Shown in pieces: positions 1 through 14,192 of a DNA stretch of 64,000 bases (within the stretch, counting starts at the first letter, position 1; each line of letters begins with the position of its first letter). This stretch comes from Laetmonice hystrix (lineage: Eukaryota): positions 37,574,001-37,638,000 of the forward strand of contig OZ249436.1 in assembly GCA_965235115.1 (NCBI GenBank), given 5' to 3'. The translations under genes and the position numbers were made by a program. The notes under the pieces were generated by a model. It was not told where the DNA came from. It ran no database searches and was given only the letters and a program-made list of their open reading frames with translations.

Positions 1-1959
1 ATAGGGGACCTCATTTTTAGCATCTCAATTCAGGGACTCGATCGGGAATCAACCGGGCAGTCGGGGTTCGACAGCATTGCAGACTTATCTTTTTCAAAGT
101 AAAACATGGAATATTCAGCCCCGCCAATTTCAGGATTTTCGTTTTTTTTTAATTAGAGATAGTCATTGTTTAAACTCTCGTAATAATTTTTCTTTACGCA
201 AAATGGTGGCATTTCATCACAAATTATAATCAAAAAGGTGGGCTGAAATTAGACATGATATTGTGTCCGTGCAATATAATATGCTGATGGATGGAAACAA
301 GGCCTTGACAACCTTGAACTTGCAACGTGGTACGGACACCAAAGCGTATCGTGGCACCAAAAGGTGTGTTTACATTCCTTGGACAAGCAGTCTAATCAGA
401 TTGGCTCTTGAGAACGCTGTGTGGTATGAAAGAGTTATTTGAAGTTCAGCTGTGCTCATTCGAGAGGCGACTGTACACGTGTGCGAATGAAATGTTGAAA
501 GCAAGGAATTGCGGCAGAGAATTATCGGCATGGTACGTAAAAATGTTGACTGGATAAAAAGGAAATATAATCATCGGTTACTCGATAGGTAGAAGGGGAA
601 AGCGCGAAAACATGCTTGCGTAAATTTCGGTTCTTATCTTAAACAATTGAAAATGTTTGTGCAACCGTGTGAAAATTTCAAATGAATTGGGAAGTCTTGC
701 TTACTCATTTATGACCAACTCAGGATTTGCAGATTTAGAAATCTATCTATGGGGGTTGGTCTTGGAGAATTCCACTGGATTTAGTTGAATCTGCACGACT
801 GCGTACACTACTGGATAAATTTGAACGGCCCAATTCTTTTCCAGTTCCTAGTTTATTCTGAGTTAGGGTACCAGTTTAACTAAGTCTGAAATTTATTTAT
901 TCTATTTATTGCAGACTTTCCTGAGTCGAACGGCTCTGGTGTATTGGCTGCTGTGATATGCACTACTAAACTGCCCAGCCTCCAGTCATATATCACTACA
1001 GTAAGTCGTGCAGAATACACACTTATGAGGCGCTTTAAGTATACACACCAACCAACCCAAAAATACAGTTCTATAGTCTTTCAGGTATTATCCGCAAACT
1101 TGAGACATTATATGCGTACTTGTTTATTCTGTCCGAATTGGTGAATGTTACAAAACATACCGAGTATACAATGCGCTTCTTTGCACTTGCTTTCCTTACA
1201 TTCGTACATTGCAAGATAACGCCACCTGCCTAGTTGTATTCTTGCTTTGGTTGATGAGTCTATTTAATATGCCTTATTCAGTACTATATATTGATTTTTT
1301 CTATTAACATTACGCCTCCTTGCTTGACAAATTGTAACCGATGGTCACTAGCAACGCCATGTGGTTTTACAGCCCTGTACAACTCTCGGGAAGCTGTTCG
1401 TGAATTAATATGCCCCTAGCTACAGGGGTGTTTTTGGGGCCCTTCAGCTTTCAAAATGTCCAGTGAAGTTCCATGCTGACAAATTAATATACAGGTGGCG
1501 CTAGCAGTCTGTAACTACGTATTGCAGTCGTAAATTATAGGGGAAAAATCAAGGATGGGAATTAGCCTATCTCCCGGAATTCAGCGTAACATTCCCTGTA
1601 ACATCGGGATATGAACCGGGTTATAATTGTAATTTTGTTGTATTTTAATTTTGGTCTTATTTGTAGTTTCAAGGCCAAAAACATTTTTAGGTACAAAATA
1701 CTGTATTGTAATATTTCTTTTTCTGCGAGTCTTCAAAACTTAACTTCGGTTTTGGATTTTCAGGGATTTTTCCTGGATCATCTCCTCGCTCTCCGTGCAG
1801 TTATTTGCAGAAGGGCTTCAGGGTTATCGCACAAGATGTACTTGATGATAAATGTACATTAAGGTAAGAATTTACTTATAATTCAAATCTGTCATATAGG
1901 GTGTTCAAAATAGGTTGTATGGCGACTATGCCGTCATCCGTTGTGGATTGACCATGCCA

Positions 1960-2135
1960 CTGCACAGCCACTGTAACGTGGCTAAAGATATTGCACAGTC
2001 ATGTAATGTGGCATCTTAGATACTATTGCCCAGAAATGCAATGTGACCTCCTAGATACTTTTGCCCAGTGGTGTAATGTGACCTGTTAGCTACTCTTGCC
2101 CAGCCAATGTACCAAGGCTCAGATTTAATTGCCCA
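1960..2135. repeat. Degenerate ~33-bp tandem repeat, same family as 11610-11897
   Basis: Recurring ttgcccag/gtaatgtgac units. Shares ccactgtaacgtggct-aagatattgc and ccaaggctcagatttaattgccc with the 11.6-11.9 kb array. Confidence 0.65.
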
Positions 2136-4084
2136 ACTACTCTGGGCAGCGACATTTACACAAAGGTGATTGTAAGCCTACTTTCTATATCTCTTGAACT
2201 CACCCTAGACCTAGTGAGACTGGAAGACTCTTAAATTTCCATATGCTTTTCCTTTTTTACCCTTAGGTTTTCGAGCGAGCGTTTCACTGAGGACGCCATG
2301 TCTGAGGTAATGACCTAAACCTGACACGGCACGTGACATGTGTTGCCATCTGTGCGTGTTATTCCTGCCCTTCTCCGCACGGATTACCTGGAGTGTGTGA
2401 GGTCTCATGGATACGAACCCATGAACCTGCGAAATTTATGTTTTGTTGTGAGCCGAGGATGTATGGCATCCTGGTGGACTTTAGCCTGATGAACTGATAA
2501 GCCTGATGAACTGATATGCCGTGTGGCATGACTTTATATGCCGTGTGGCATTTGCCAGGCTCCCATCAACCAGGTTCCCATCAGCTACGAGAAGCGGCAC
2601 CTGGACACTGGATCAGTAAGTGGGGTATTTTGATATTTTTGACTTAATTTGATTTTAATAATGTAGATAACGTTATCACCGATGAGTTCATCTGGCTTCA
2701 ATAGTTTTTGCCCCTGGTTCGCCCAACAACGTAGTATCGAATCGATAAAGTAATTTTAGAACTATTAATTGCAAAATTTCTCTTTTTTTATTTGACAGTA
2801 TGTGCCATGCCTCAGCGACAGGTAGGACCGGTTTCTCGTAGTCTACTAGTTAGCGATACATCTGGAGACGTCCAGGTATATCTCATTTAAGGAAACTAGA
2901 CCAAAATTGGTCTATTTAATGATGGACGTATTCATTGGGGACAGTGCTAGCCCTGGTGAATACATAAAGATGATGATCTAAATGCGCTTAAATGATTACT
3001 GCGATACAGAAATGTGTCACGCAGATCTCGATGCGAATTGTGCACACGCGAAAAAACTCTCAGATTGTTGACTTGGCACTAGGCCTATAACTTCAAACAA
3101 AAACAATATTGTTCAGGCGGTAAGAGTGAATAGGTGGATCTAGGTGGTCGATCATTATGGACATACTTTCCTTCTATACAAGGTACCATTTCCAAACAAG
3201 TGTTTTCATTGATAAGGTAATGCTATCTTCATCCATTCTTTACCCTCTTTACAACAGGTGATTCAGTTTCAAATGTCATCTTTGTCCCATGCACAGGTAC
3301 AGTAATTCAAAGATCAACGTGGCAGGACTACCTTGCCTATACCTGCTGACAGTAACGCTACAATACATTTCTGGCCGATACTTTTCTGGGACATGTATTC
3401 CAGATTTTAGGCCATTTCGCATCCGCGTATTTTCCCCCAATCGCGTACTTTTTGCGAATAAACTAATGTTTGGCGGGTTTAGTGGATGCTGGCAAAATGT
3501 CTGTATATTTGGTACAGTTATAAGAGGATCACAGATGGATTTCTCAAACCCCAGAGTATCTCGGTTTCCATCTCGCAAAAGTGCCTCATATCCAACAACC
3601 ATTTGTACCTACAAATATATGCAATGAGCCATTGTCCATACACATATGATATGTATCAAGAATGACTGAGGTGGAGTAGACATGTTTTTTTTTCACTAGA
3701 ATTAATTTTGTCACTGCATCCTATAGATGTTAAATCTGGTAATACATGTATATTGTTTGACCTATACACATATGGGTTCACTGACGAGCCAAGGCTGGAA
3801 CTGTTTTCCACATACAGATGGCTTCATAATACATCCAAGATTGCGTGATGTAGTTCATTTTAACCCATACATAGAGAATGTCAACATACAGCCAAGGCTG
3901 TCTCGTACATAAATTTAATCTTTACCATATAGGGCCTACACAGGTGGTTTTACAATACAGCAATTGCTGTCTTGTATATCTAAACTGTACGAAATACACA
4001 TGTGGTGGGACTACCCCATTCAGTTGGCGTGACAACAATGTATATATCCAATGTATCCTTGTATCCAATACACAAGTTTTCTAT

Positions 4085-7000
4085 TCTTTACCCCATACAC
4101 AGGTGGTTTGAAAACACGGCCAAGGCTGTGTAATATTTAATCTTTACCCATACACAGGTGGTTTAAAAACACGGCCAAGGTTATGTAATATTTAATCTTT
4201 ACCCATACACAGGTCGTTTGAAAACACGGCCAAGGCTGTGTAATATTTAATCTGTACCCATACACAGGTGGTTTAAAAACACCACCAGGCCGCGTACCGG
4301 TATATCTTTGCCCCGATACAGGTGATTCAAAGTTATAAAAAAAGGTATAGTATTCTAATGTTCAACTGACTCTTTGCCCACATCTTTACCCATAAACAGG
4401 TGGTTTGAAAACATGGCCAAGGCTATGTAATTTTTAATCTTTACCCACACACAGGTGGTTTGAAAACACGGCCAAGACTGTGTAATATTTAATATTTCCC
4501 CATACACAGGCGGTTTGAAAACACGACCAAGGCTGTGTAATATAAAATCTTTACCCATACACAGGTGGTTTGAAAACACAACCAAGGCTGTGTAATATTA
4601 AATATTTACCCATACACAGGTGGTTTGAAAACACGGCCAAGGCTGTGTAATATTTCATCTTTACCCATACACAGGTGGTTTGAAAACACCACCAGGCCAC
4701 GTATATCTTATCTTTGCCCCGATACAGGTGATTTAAAGTTATAAAAAAAGGTATAGTATTCTAATGTTCAACTGACTCTTTGCCCACATATTTACCCATA
4801 AACAGGTGGTTTGAAATCACGGCCAAGGCTGTGTAATTTTTAGTCTTTACCCACACAAAGGTGGTTTGAAAACACGGCCAAGGCTGTGTTATATTTAATA
4901 TTTCCCCATACACAGGCGGTTTGAAAATACGGCCAAGGCTATGTAATATAAAATCTTTACCCATGCACAGGTGGTTTGAAAACATGGCCGAGGCTGTGTA
5001 ATATTTAAAATTTCTACATACACAGGTAGTTTAACATGGCCAAGGCCGTGTAACATTTAACCTTTACCCATAGAAAGGTTGTTTGAGAACACAGCCAAGA
5101 CTGTGTAATATTAAATCTTTACCCATACACAGGTCGTTTGAAAACACGGCCAAGGCTGTGTAATATTTAATCTTTACCCATACACAGGTGGTTTGAAAAC
5201 ACGGCAAAGCTGTGTAATATTTAATCTTTACCCATACACAGGTGGTTTGAAAACACCACCAGGCCGCGTATATCTTATCTTTGCCCCAATACAGGTGATT
5301 CAAAGTTATTAAAAAAGGTATAGTATTCTAATGTTCAACTGACTCTTTGCCCACATCTTTACCCATGAACAGGTGGTTTGAAAACATGGCCAAGGCTGTG
5401 TAATTTTTAATCTTTACCCACACACAGGTGGTTTTAAAACACGGCCAAGGCTGTGTAATATTTACCCATACACAGGTGATTTGAAAACACGGCCAAGGCT
5501 GTGTAATTGAAATCTTGACTGAGACAGCCCAGGCTGCCACAATGTTTACTTTTGGCCTCACATACATGGGGTTCTCCAATACAGTTTCAAATGTCCAATC
5601 TTTACCCCGATACAGGTGATTCACAGTCGAAAGTGTCTTATATTTGCCCCATGCGCAAATGGTTCAAAGCTTAAGCCCACATTTAGGCAGGTAACGGGTA
5701 TAATACTGAACACCGTTAATTTAATGTGCCATTTCGCGTACGGGTATTTTCCTCCATCGCGTACATTTTCCGACTATTTAATTTCGTGAAACATGCGGAA
5801 CTTTTGAATGTTTTACAAATGTTGCATATTTGATACATGCATTTATTGACGACCATCGATCTTTGCCCTATACACAGGTGATTCACAAAGTGCAACCAAG
5901 GTTGCCAAATATAATTTGATTTTACCAATGTGGTTTACTTAGACAGCCAAGGCTGACAAAATGTGTGGTCTTGTAATATGAACAAAACTATCGTCCAAGC
6001 TTTACGTATACACACGTGGCTTAAATACATGCAAGGGTGTCAAATCTATCTACAATTTACCCCATTCACAGGTGGTGTCCTACCCCATTCACAGGTAGTT
6101 TTGACAGTCGTGGTTTTACCCACTTGACAAGGCTGGCTAATGTATCTTTACCCCTGCACAGGTGATTTGCTAAAACAACCGAGGTTGTAACAGAAATTTG
6201 ACTAATATTATATGGGGGTTCTCCTGATAACAAAAGGTTGCGGCATATATCTAGTTACGTCATACACACGTGGGTAATTTTCTGGGACATGTATTCCAGA
6301 TTTTAGACCAATTCGCGTCTGCGTATTTTTCTCCAATCTGTACATGTATTGTTGATTCTTTTCCCTAGACACAGATGATTCGAAAGTGCAACCAAGCTTG
6401 CCAAATATCTTAGACGGCCAGGCTGTCAAAAGGTGCTATCATTATTTTTACAAATGCTCCTATACATTATGATATGGATCAAGGATGACTCTGAGATTGG
6501 GGTGGAGAATGCATGGGGGTTTCATGATACATCCAAGAATGTCTGATATAGTTCCTTTACCCCATACATAGGAATGTCATCAGACATGCAAGGCTCTTTC
6601 ATACATAAATTTAATCTTTACCATATACACAGGTTTAACAATGTATATTCATCCTATACACAGGAGGTTTCTAAGCTTTACCCCATACACAGGTGGCTTG
6701 AAAAGACGGCCAAGGCTGTGCAATATTTTTTTTAATACACAGGTGGTTGAAAACATGGCCAAGGCTGTGTAATATTTTTTTAACCATAAACAGGTGGTTT
6801 GAAAACGGCCAAGGCTGTGTAATATTTAATTTTTACCCATACACAGGTGATTTGAAAACACGGCCAAAGTTGTGTAATATTTAATTTTTACCCATACACA
6901 GGTGATTTGAAAACACGACCGAGACTGTGTAATATAAAATCTTTACCCATACACAGCTGGTTTGAAAACACAACCAAGGCTGTGTAATATTAAATATTTA

Positions 7001-8950
7001 CCCATACACAGGTGGTTTGAAAACCAGGCCAAGGCTGTGTAATATTTAATCTTTACCCATACACAGGTGGTTTGAAAACACGGCCAAAGCTGTGTAATAT
7101 TTAATCTTTACCCATACACAGGTGGTTTGAAAACACCACCAGGCCGCGTATATCTTATCTTTGCCCCAATACAGGTGATTCAAAGTTATTAAAAAGGGTA
7201 TAGTATTCTAATGTTCAACTGACTCTTTGCCCACATCTTTACCCATAAACAGGTGGTTTGAAAACATGGCCAAGGCTGTGTAATTTTTAATCTTTACCCA
7301 CACACAGGTGGTTTTAAAACACGGCCAAGGCTGTGTAATTAATATTTACCCATACACAAATGATTTGAAAACACGGCCAAGGCTGTGTAATTGAAATCTT
7401 GACTGAGACAGCCCAGGCTGCCACAATGTTTACTTTTGGCCTCACATACATGGGGTTCTCCGATACAGTTTCAAATGTCCAATCTTTACCCCGATACAGG
7501 TGATTCACAGTCGAAAGTGTCTTATATCTGCCCCATGCGCAAATGGTTCAAAGCTTAGGCCTACATTTAGGCAGGTGACGGGTATAATACTGATCACCGT
7601 TAATTTAATGTGCCATTTCGCGTACGGGTATTTTCCTCCATCGCGTACATTTTCCAACTGTTTAATTTCGTGAAACATGCGGAACTTTTGAATGTTTTAC
7701 AAGTGTTGCATATTTGATACATGCATTTATTGGCGACCATCGATCTTTGCCCTAGACACAGGTGATTCACAAAGTGCAACCAAGGTTGCCAAATATAATT
7801 TGATTTTACCGATGTGGTTTACTTAGACAGCCAAGGCTGTCAAAATGTGTGGTCTTGTAATATGAACAAAACTATCGACCGAGCTTTACGTATACACACG
7901 TGGCTTAAATACATGCAAGGGTGTCAAATCTATCTACAATTTACCCCATTCACAGGTAGTTTTGACAGTCGTGGTTTTACCCACTTGACAAGGCTGGCTA
8001 ATGTATCTTTACCCCTGCACAGGTGATTTGCTAAAACAACCGAGGCTGTAACAGAAATTTGACTAATATTATATGGGGGTTCTCATGTTAACAAAAGGTT
8101 GCGGCATATATCTAGTTACGTCATACACACATGGGTAATTTTCTGGGACATGTATTCCAGATTTTAGATCAATTCGCGTCTGCGTATTTCTCTCCAATCT
8201 GTACATGTATTGTTGATTCTTTTCCCTAGACAGAGATGATTCGAAAGTGCAACCAAGCTTGCCAAATATCTTATCTTACACTTAGACGGCCAGGCTGTCA
8301 AAAGGTGCTATCATTATTTTTACAAGTGCTCCTACACATTATGATATGGATCAAGGATGACTCTGAGATTGGGGTGGAGAATGCATGGGGGTTTCATGAT
8401 ACATCCAAGAATGTCTGATATAGTTCCTTTACCCCATACACAGGAATGTCATCAGACATGCAAGGCTCTTTCATACATTTATTAATCTTTACCATATACA
8501 CAGGTTTCACAATGTATATTCATCCTATACACAGGAGGTTTCTAAGCTTTACCCCATACACAGGTGGCTTAAAAAGACGGCCAAGGCTGTGTAATATTTT
8601 TTTTCAATACACAGGTGGTTGAAAACATGGCCAAGGCTGTTTAATATTTTTTAACCATAAACAGGTGGTTTGAAAACGGCCAAGGCTGTGTAATATTTAA
8701 TTTTTACCCATACACAGGTGATTTGAAAACACGGCCAAGGCTGTGTAATATTTAATTTTTACCCATACACAGGTGATTTGAAAACACGGCCAAGGCTGTG
8801 TAATATTTAATTTTTACCCACACACAGGTGATTTAAAAACACGGCCAAAGCTGTGTAATATTTAATTTTTAATCATACACAGGTGATTTGAAAACACGGT
8901 CAAGACGGTGTAATTATTTTGATTTTTACCCATACACAGGTGATTTAAAA
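4085..8950. repeat. 55-bp satellite array with higher-order structure; degenerate flanks extend to about 3366 and 10200
   Basis: Monomer tttacccatacacaggtggtttgaaaacacggccaaggctgtgtaatatttaatc (accca at 4146 and 4201, period 55). An interrupting cassette (gttataaaaaaaggtatagtattctaatgttcaactg) occurs four times, and a ~1.88-kb block is duplicated (gagacagcccaggctgcc at 5521 and 7405). Confidence 0.95.
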
Positions 8951-11609
8951 ATATGGCCACCTGTTTTTAGGAAATCTTGTCTGAGACAGCCCAGGTTGCC
9001 ACAGTGCCTCATGCACATGGGGATCTCTGATACAACCGTCAAATGTCCAATCTTTGCCCTGATATAGGTGATTCACAGTATCAAATGTCTGATCTTGGCT
9101 CATGCACAAGCAGTTCAAAGGGTGCATTGCTTACCTTTTAAGTTTAGGCAATTAATGGCTATAATATTAAAAACCGTTAATTGTATGTGCCATGTATTCC
9201 AGATCTGTGGCCATTTCGCTTACGGGTATTTTCCTCCATCGCGTACATTTTCCGACTATTTCATTTCGTGAAACGTGCGGAACTTTTGAATGTTTTAGAA
9301 ATGTTGCAAATTTTATACAGTTTTGAGATTTGCGTCAGACAGGCGTAACGGGACGTGCACATGCATTGTATTGGTGATAATTGATCTTTGCCCTTCACAC
9401 AGGTGATTCACAAAGCGCAACCAAGGTTGCCCAATATAATATGATTTTACCGATGTGGTTAGACAGCCAAGGCTGTCAAAATGTGTGATCTTGTGATATG
9501 AACAAAACTGCTGACCGATCTTTACGTATACACATGGTTAAATACATCCAAGGCTGTCAAATCTATCTAATCTTTACCCCATTCACAGGTGGTGTCCTAC
9601 CCCATTCAGTTAGTTTGACAGTCATGGCTTTACCCACGTGACAGGTGGTTTCAATAATACATCCAAGGCTGGCTAATATATTTACCCATACACAGGTGGT
9701 TTGATAACACAGACCAGGCTGTGTACTGTTTTAAACTTAACAAACACACAGGTGGTTTGTTAAAACAGCCAACAGTTCCAATTTCAAAATGGCACATACG
9801 GAGGTTATATTGCTTACTGGCTTTAGCATGTAAGCAGGTTTTTGGTGGTGTGTACCCAACTTTTTTCATGAACGAATCACGGGTTTGCAGTGCTTATGCT
9901 GACAAACGGCTATATTCATGATACTTTAATGAGATGATCTACGTGTATTCGTGATCTTTGCCCTATGGACAGGTGAATCACTTTTACAACCAAGGTTTTC
10001 ACTGATACCGTCAAGGCTTTTAAAATGTCTGATTCTTTTCCTCCCCCATACACAGGTGATTCACTGATAAAGCCAAGGCTGTTTCAGTATATCTTATCTT
10101 TGCCCCTATACAGGTGATTAAAAGGTATTAAAATGGCTTGTCTTTGTCCCATGCACAGGTATAGTAGTCTAATAGTCTACTGACTGGATGGATTATTTGC
10201 TCTTTGCCCACATTTAGCCAGTTATGTGGCGTACTGTGACTTTTTCCCAAGTGCAGGTGGTTTACTATGGAATCAAGTGTGTATACTGATAACATTGCCT
10301 AGATCTAATTTGGACAGCTAGTTTGAGCACTTAAGACTGTCAACCAACTTCCCCTCCCCATTCAAAATTTGGACTAAGTATAAGCTCGGATTTTGACACT
10401 TCGGGATTTAAGTGAATTTTAGTATGCAATGTTTGCAAATTACCGAGTCATGTTTCAAGAAACAGGCCTTTTCGGATCTTTAGCCTGTGAAACACGGTTA
10501 ATGGCTTGGTGTAATCGTAGAACTCTTGGCCATCAATATCGGTCTCTCACAATTACGTCGAGCATTGTGTATATTTGTTTCAGGAAAGGTACGTACAAGC
10601 TCACGAGTGTGAAAGATCTTTATATGGACACATGTATAGTTTTTATTAGCCGGTTGAATTAGATTATTCCAAAAGCGGTGGTGATGAAATCAATGACACA
10701 TCGCAAAATGTAAAAAGACTACAACGTGAGGTTGCAGATCGAATCTGTGTGTAGCGATGGTCGTAGTCGTCATTGAAATAGTCACCAACCAAAGAAAATA
10801 TCTCCTACGTCATAAATTACAACCCCACCGAATGGTATATAAATTCACCCTCTATTTCCACGGTTAATCTGCATAGATGGCGCCGCGGATGTTTAAAGTG
10901 ATCTCAGAACCAAGTGCCTGTCAGACGAGTTCGACAAAATATAGTAGGCATTGGATGTATGTAACAGCCTATAGTTGTCAAATCTTGAATGATAAGTCAC
11001 GCCTAGGCCAATCTGATTGTGAGTTGTAGCAATTTCGGTTTAATTAGTTAATTCTGAGTTCAGGCGTTACCTTCACCTTCCGCTGCGGTATATTTGCTGG
11101 TGTTTTGACCATTCGGGAACCCTCGGGAAAGTCCGCCACCTCGAGGTAGCGCCGAGTGGTGTTTTGACCTCAGAACGGGGTCCCTGCTCGGCCCAAGGCT
11201 TGACATATACGGCCATCGCCCTCTAATGGTATCAATAAGGTAAGTTGTGCATATTAGTACACTTATGAGACCCTTTAAGTACATTCGGAAACAACCCAAT
11301 AATGTAATCTTAGGGCCTGAGTTCGATTCCTGTAGAGGACTATACAACTTTTCTCTTTAGGGACATTGTCAAAGTAATTGGGTTACCCCTGATGCCCGTG
11401 CATTTCAAAAGAAAAATACAGTTCTCCAACCTTTCAGTCTGATATTGCCCCACACTGAGCGTGGTTGTTTGTAAAGGCTTTCTTTCTGTGTGCGAGTCTG
11501 CAAAGCTGCACTTTGGTTTTTCTGTTTACACATCTTGGATACCTATACAAACCTAATATGTATAGTGAGTAGTGGAGGTTTTACGCCGGTCAGCATAAGG
11601 TTCCGATCT

Positions 11610-11897
11610 CATTGCCCGTCCACTGTAACGTGGCTGAAGATATTGCCAAGTGATGCAATGCGCCTCTCATAGTATAATTGCACAACCACTGTAACAAGGC
11701 TCAGCTGTAATTGGCCGGCCACTGTCCCACCTCTCAGTTGTAGCCTAATTGCCTGGCCAATGAATGTACAAAGGCTCAGATTTAATTGCCCGGCCATTGG
11801 GCCATGCCAAGGCTCAGATTTAATTGCTCTGCCATGGGACCAAGGCTCAGATTTAATTGCCCAGCCATTGGGCCAAGGTTCAGATTTAATTGCCCAT
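11610..11897. repeat. 33-bp minisatellite
   Basis: ccaaggytcagatttaattgc at 11807, 11840 and 11873 (period 33), with degenerate units to the left. Confidence 0.85.
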
Positions 11898-12039
11898 ATA
11901 GCGTCCGCCTAGATGTCGGCAGTTCCATGATGGCCGTAGAGTCTGGCAGGCAATATGGAGAGCAAAATCCGACCCTTTCTTCCTTCGCCCATCCCCTACT
12001 TTCCTCTCTCAATTTGTATGGTTACATGATTCTACTAGT

Positions 12040-12256
12040 AAGTTCCTTATTATATCTATGTCTATCCTTGATGAAATTGATTAAATTTGGGGAGGAGATG
12101 CCCATCTAGGTGGACACCTCAGTAAATCAAGCAATAATTGGGAAAATACATTGTCTGAACTTTATATCGTTTAAAATACCAGGGACTTTGGCAAATATGG
12201 GTAATTGGTCGTATAGAGTAGGGATCCATTGTGGTATCACCACAACGTGTCTAGTT
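12040..12256 (+). mobile_element. Fragment of the Helentron-type family, opposite orientation to the 57-64 kb copies
   Basis: 12221-12256 (gggatccattgtggtatcaccacaacgtgtctagtt) is the reverse complement of the terminus at 59604. About 12050-12200 is an inverted match to about 26820-26960. Confidence 0.7.
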
Positions 12257-12454
12257 CGCTCCTGGAATTTTCGCATAGTATTCGTATCGTACGTTCGCTC
12301 ATAGAAAAGAGACCATTCAGTCTTCAGTATTTAAGAGGCATCGAAGTATTTCTATATCAAAACCATGTAATATGATTACTTCTATCTGTTGGCATTGTAC
12401 AAATATCGTGTGCTTCTTGAAAGTATTCAAAATACATGCCAGTCCATACATGTA

Positions 12455-13050
12455 GGGAGCCCTCACAGTAGTCGTTGCAGGGTCGCAAGCGCTCGCAACC
12501 GGTGGCGGCTGGGTTTTTGACATGTCAAAAATTGAGAGGCGACTTGGTGCGACAAAAATTATCGCACTCCGTTGCACGACCGTCGCGCGACCGTTAAAGA
12601 CGGTCGTGCGATCGATCGCACGACCGTGTGCGACTGAAAGCTCACACATGATCGGCAGAAGATCGTGCAACAGTCGCACAAGTGCTAGCGACCACGATCA
12701 GTCGTGCGTCCTGGAAAATGTGTCCTGCGACCATGAGGCTGTTGTGCGACAAGTCGGACCTCATCGTGCAACGTTGTGCGACCATTGCGCGAGTGTATGC
12801 ATGCATCATGGCGGCCTGAGCGATCGCATGCTCGAGCAACAGGGCACCCGCACATAATCTTGCGACTAATCGCAAAGCAGTTGCGATTGCCGAACATGCG
12901 ATCGCAAGGTCCAAATCGCCGGAAAAAGTGTTCATAACAAAATTGCGATCGTGCAAATGTGTTCATCAAAATTTTGGAATCGTAACTTTGTGCAGAATTG
13001 TAAGTCATTTTGAACAGATATGGGGGTAAATTTGCGATCAGGGTTTTACC
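12455..13050. mobile_element. Non-autonomous DNA-transposon-like sequence rich in gtcgca/tgcgac motifs
   Basis: CpG-rich island of repeated tcgca/tgcga/cgacc motifs in both orientations, with the palindrome tttttgacatgtcaaaaa. Termini not resolved. Confidence 0.5.
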
Positions 13051-13333
13051 GGTCGGAAATTCTAATTTTAGCCCTGGCGGGTATTTGAGAGTCTAATATA
13101 CTACATTTGGTGTCCCCTGCAGTATACCGGGGTATATGTTGAGTACGGGCCTTGTCCACTGAGCTTGCGGCCGTGCGATTCCCCTTGCGACGGTCATGCG
13201 ATTTTTGATTTAATGGTGGAATTTCACTCTGAAATCTTTCCTGGCTGGCCTTCTCCGTTTCAGGAAATGGGTTCCATCCTTTAATCTCAAATGTATAGTA
13301 AAATAAAAGGGTGATATCAAAATCGCATGGGCG

Positions 13334-13828
13334 TCGCTACAAGGTACTGGCTGGCCTAGCACCCCAGCGAACACTACAGTGAGGCCAAAGAGTACAGTGA
13401 GGCCAAACAGTACACTGTGAGGCCAAGCAGTGTGGGAGGCCAACCAGTAGAGTGAGAAGTGCCTACATCTTACCGACTAGCCTAGTAGCCATGCAAACAC
13501 TGCAGTGAGGTAGTGGAAATGAAAGGTGCTGGCGAGGAGCATCTAATGTTAAAATCTGGAGAAGATACTCAAATGGGAAGTATACACATCACAACCATAT
13601 ATCTGTAGCGAACGTACGAGACCTATACGTTTGACAGTTACTCATCTGGCCTAAGAATCATAACTTTGGGGGGCGTAGTTTCAATTTGACGTATCAAAGA
13701 TGTAGCCATTTTTCGCTTCTCATTGCTTTAACCTAAGAGCCACAGGTGCCCGCCAGCCCGGCCAGGTATACGTGGTGATTCCACCGGTAGCCGGAAGATG
13801 GCAGTGCAGTCGCCGCCTCCGCCGCCGC
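13334..13828. repeat. ~500-bp direct repeat, copy 1
   Basis: tcgctacaaggtactgg...cgccgcctccgccgccgc, nearly identical to 14193-14694. A diverged inverted relative lies at about 29900-30150. Confidence 0.9.
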
Positions 13829-14192
13829 TTCAGTAGAGCTGCGCTGCACCCTGGTGTTTCTTGCCTGCAACATCTCTGTACTCTTTCTTTGTTTGTTTCT
13901 TACTTGGGGATGGGATATCTGATATACGAGAAGAGGCGTACAGCGTCATTTGCCATTGTTAACTAGACCTTTACGGCAAACAGTCATTGGGACGACCTGA
14001 CAACGTTGTCGCACGCTTACAGATGGTCTGTAGGGGACACAGATTAGATGGGAGTAGATGATAGACGAAACGTATGGCCTGCCTCCTGGACAATAAAGGC
14101 ATGGAAACATGAAACATGAGGCGTCCCTATATTACTGGCTACTGTTGTATTCAAGCAAACGGTACAGGGAGGACAACCAGTACAGTGAGGAA

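Noticed and set aside
2484..2520. Hammerhead ribozyme (CTGATGA)
   Set aside because: No GAAA core or stem II at a suitable distance; the motif arises within a short tandem duplication.
4085..8950. CRISPR-like regular repeats and the short ORFs within them
   Set aside because: Monomers are head-to-tail with no unique spacers, there are no cas genes, and the context is eukaryotic. The ORFs are translations of the satellite.
12317..13008. Four overlapping ORFs of 104-120 aa
   Set aside because: They lie in a GC-rich MITE-like sequence poor in stop codons and show no protein motifs.
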